Below, one piece after another: positions 26,326 to 28,924 of a DNA stretch of 28,924 nt. The notes under the pieces are model-generated. The model was not told the DNA's origin. It saw only the letters and a program-made list of their open reading frames with translations, and ran no database searches. The DNA is from a bacterium (GTDB lineage Bacteria > Zhuqueibacterota > Zhuqueibacteria > Oceanimicrobiales > Oceanimicrobiaceae), in assembly GCA_046757525.1 (NCBI GenBank), contig JBHHYI010000037.1, positions 1 to 28,924 of the forward strand. The letters run 5' to 3'. Positions within the stretch are counted from its first letter, which is position 1; each line of letters starts with the position of its first letter. Made by a program: the position numbers and the translations under genes.

Positions 26326-27147
26326 ATGCCGTGGAAAGTATTACACGTATACCGCAACACCCCCTTAGGTCGCGAGACTCTCAGGCAGGCGGCGGATTTT
26401 GCAAAAAAAACAGGCAGCGATCTCAACGTCTATATCCCCGAGTTTGATCGTTTCTTGCTTTATTTTCAACGAAACGCTGTTGAAATTCGATTAGACCAGT
26501 CGTATTCTTATTTGCCCGAAACCGCGAGGGAAAATGTAGAGAAGGTGCTGATGGAAATGGGTGTGGCGCTGCGCCTGGTCAAGATTACCTCAAAGACGGC
26601 TTCCAACTTGCCCAATTTACCCACAGACTTTGACTTCTTCAGTCTGCCCAAGGTCATGGTTGAGCGCCAGGGTCGCATACAGCTTGGCGCCATTGGCACC
26701 GGAGTGCGACAGTTGGTCAAGAATGCGCTCACCCCGGCCTTGATTGCCCCGGGACCGTTTCGTGACTGGTCTGAAATCCTAATTTTTTTTGGGGGCTCAT
26801 CTTACTCGGTGACCGCCTTAAAATGGGGCATGACTCTGGCCGACACCGTGGGCGTCCCACTGAATGTGGTCACGTTAGCCGAAAACAAAAAAGACAAAGC
26901 TGCCTACGAAGAAATTGTTCAGCAACATCAAATCGATGTCAAACAGATAAATCAATGGGAATTTGTGCCTTCCGGTTCCCCCGTCATTCTTCTGAACAAA
27001 ATCTCCTGCGACGCGCTGATCGTCATGGGGGCGTACGGACATGGACGCGTCTATTCAAAACTTTTTGGCAGTAAGACAGAATTCATACAAAAAAATGTTG
27101 CCCAATTGTTGATGTTGATTGGAGAAAACTGCAAGCCACCAAAATAA
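26326..27147 (+). CDS. Universal stress protein (tandem USP-like)
   Basis: IGTGVRQLV and DALIVMGAYGHGR....FGS.TE.I; start at 26326 (ATG) or 26296 (TTG). Confidence 0.85.
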   Translation: MPWKVLHVYRNTPLGRETLRQAADFAKKTGSDLNVYIPEFDRFLLYFQRNAVEIRLDQSYSYLPETARENVEKVLMEMGVALRLVKITSKTASNLPNLPTDFDFFSLPKVMVERQGRIQLGAIGTGVRQLVKNALTPALIAPGPFRDWSEILIFFGGSSYSVTALKWGMTLADTVGVPLNVVTLAENKKDKAAYEEIVQQHQIDVKQINQWEFVPSGSPVILLNKISCDALIVMGAYGHGRVYSKLFGSKTEFIQKNVAQLLMLIGENCKPPK

Positions 27148-27293
27148 TTGTGGAAACTTTCCGGCCGGGGCTCTTTACCCGGTAAAACCGCCGGGATGGC
27201 ACCTGAAATCTTGGGACACTGTTTTTCGTTTGGCCGTCAGCGAGCTTCACTTGTTTGCACAAAAAAACAACCATTTGATTGACCAGACTGCAC

Positions 27294-27791
27294 ATGACTC
27301 AACTCAAACAAGTCATTATTTACACCGATGGCTCCTGCATTGGTAACCCAGGCCCTGGAGGCTACGCCGCCATTTTGAAATTTGCCGGTCGGCGCAAAGA
27401 GCTCTCCGGCGGTTTCAAGAACACCACCAACAACCGGATGGAAATCATGGCGGCCATCAAAGGGCTGGAGGCGCTGAAGGAAAAATGCAAGGTCTTGCTC
27501 TACAGCGACTCGCAATATCTGGTGGACTGCATTAACAAAGGCTGGGTTCAACGCTGGCGGGCCAACGGCTGGAAACGCAACAAAAAAGAGTACGCCCAAA
27601 ATGTGGATCTGTGGAAGCGTCTGTTAGAGTTGTGTGCGCAACACCAGGTGGAGTTCAAGTGGACCCGTGGCCACGTTGGCACCGTTGAGAACGAGCGCTG
27701 CGACCAGCTCGCCAACCTGGCCGCCAACCAGCCTGATTTGCCCGAAGACAAGTCCTGTGACGACCCTTCGGCATCGAATCTGTTTGATTAA
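27294..27791 (+). CDS. rnhA: Ribonuclease HI
   Basis: IYTDGSC.GNPGPGG, TTNNRME, SDSQY, N.DLW, W.RGH.G..ENERCD.LA. Confidence 0.97.
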   Translation: MTQLKQVIIYTDGSCIGNPGPGGYAAILKFAGRRKELSGGFKNTTNNRMEIMAAIKGLEALKEKCKVLLYSDSQYLVDCINKGWVQRWRANGWKRNKKEYAQNVDLWKRLLELCAQHQVEFKWTRGHVGTVENERCDQLANLAANQPDLPEDKSCDDPSASNLFD

Positions 27792-27892
27792 TCACGGGAG
27801 TTACCCTGGAAGAGTTTGTGCTCGGAAAAGAATGTGCAATCTGTGGTAACTAACTGTGTAAGTCCGTGAGGCTTCGTGGTGAACAATTGAAG

Positions 27893-28579
27893 ATGATTCT
27901 CGCCACCCACCAACCGATCTTCCTCCCGTGGCCAGGGTTCTTTTTTAAGGCCATGCAGGCAGACCGCCTGGTCTTGCTCGACCAGGTGCAATTTCCACGC
28001 GGTCGAGGCTGGATGAACCGCAACCGTTTGAAAAGCGAGCAAGGCGAGCTCTGGCTGACCGTACCAGTGCACAAAAAAGGGCGCGGCTTGCAGACCGTCC
28101 AGACGGTGGAGATCTTCCACGACAATGATTGGCGTAAGAAGCACCTGCGCAGCATCTCACAGAACTATGCCCGCGCGCCCTACCTGGCAGAATATTTTCC
28201 CCAAATCGAATCTGTTTACCAAAAGAAATACCGCTTGCTGGTCGAATTCAATCTCGCTTTGATTTCTCTGGTCGCTGAAGCTCTGTCGCTGCAAGGCAAG
28301 CTGCTGTTGCAGTCGCAGTTGAACGCCACGGGCAAGGGCACCGATCTTTTGGTCGATGTCTGCAAAAAAGCGCAGGCTCAGGTTTATTTGACTTTTCCGG
28401 GTGTGCAAAAGTATCTCGATTTGGAGAAAATGGCCCGCAACGGAATCCAAACCACCCTGGTCAATTTCCACCCGCCCGTTTACCCGCAGCTCTGGGGCGA
28501 CTTCATTTACAACCTTTCCACGTTGGATTTGTTGCTAAACTGTGGGCCGAAGAGTGGCGAGATTGTTGGGAAATGTTGA
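27893..28579 (+). CDS. WbqC family protein
   Basis: HQP.FLPW.GFF.K, W.NRNR, WLTVPV, NY..APY, HP.YPQ..G.F..NLS.LDLL.NCG. Confidence 0.92.
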   Translation: MILATHQPIFLPWPGFFFKAMQADRLVLLDQVQFPRGRGWMNRNRLKSEQGELWLTVPVHKKGRGLQTVQTVEIFHDNDWRKKHLRSISQNYARAPYLAEYFPQIESVYQKKYRLLVEFNLALISLVAEALSLQGKLLLQSQLNATGKGTDLLVDVCKKAQAQVYLTFPGVQKYLDLEKMARNGIQTTLVNFHPPVYPQLWGDFIYNLSTLDLLLNCGPKSGEIVGKC

Positions 28580-28649
28580 ACTGCGCGTGGGGTGATAAGG
28601 GGAAACTGCAACCATGGGTTCCAGAGATTCCTGACCGGATCGTCAACTT

Positions 28650-28851
28650 TTCCTTGGAGTGCGCCAGCCCTGCTGGCGCCTTTTCTGCGCAGGAGCGCGG
28701 TTCTGGACGTCCGCCGTTCAGGTTGCGTTCGCCACTGCGGGTTTGCCTTAGCAGGGGATCCAAGCGTAGGCGGCCTTGAGAGTCCGGGTTGCGTGCGGTG
28801 CCGCGGAGTTGCTTTTTGAAGGCTGAAGCAAGGCTTCAGCACTCCAAGGAA
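28650..28851. repeat. REPIN-like element (inverted REP pair)
   Basis: Perfect 13-bp inverted ends TTCCTTGGAGTGC/GCACTCCAAGGAA, each adjoining a hairpin (GCGCCAGC-cct-GCTGGCGC; GCTGAAGC-aag-GCTTCAGC). Confidence 0.8.
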
Positions 28852-28924
28852 TGGCGGCGATAGGATTTGGTGTTGGTTCAGAGCGGCCAGGAGATTGTGC
28901 GGAGTTCAGTGGGGTATGGATTGA

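Noticed and set aside
28503..28842. ORFs at the right end of the window
   Set aside because: They overlap the REPIN element, are compositionally atypical and have no motifs.

Overview
This is a bacterial chromosomal window of about 29 kb; the gene content is compatible with a KSB1/Calditrichota/FCB-type organism, but that is inference only. Left to right it holds: a cluster of REP-like palindromes (1-660); a DUF3179 gene split by an in-frame TGA at the conserved Cys position and followed by a SECIS-like hairpin (probable selenoprotein); a divergent ECF sigma / zinc anti-sigma / secreted duplicated-domain protein / tandem-PDZ module with a repeated ECF promoter motif and a 149-bp MITE with 8-bp TSD; a CBM9/DUF5916 protein; DUF3098, tRNA-Asp, PTS IIA, TrmH methylase, CPBP protease and two stand-alone receiver proteins; a radical SAM/SPASM gene coupled to an unannotated 58-aa peptide with a WxxP-type RiPP leader; modABC; a UPF0175/DUF3368 pair; a DUF1998 helicase; an accessory patch (Fic, truncated RAYT, SEC-C, YkgJ, PIN plus small partner) with attC-like sites but no integrase; then DinB, ClC-CBS-TrkA_C, USP, rnhA, WbqC and a terminal REPIN. 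The best novelty candidates are the rSAM plus cationic peptide pair and the Sec-containing DUF3179. Family names come from motif recognition; no database search was run.
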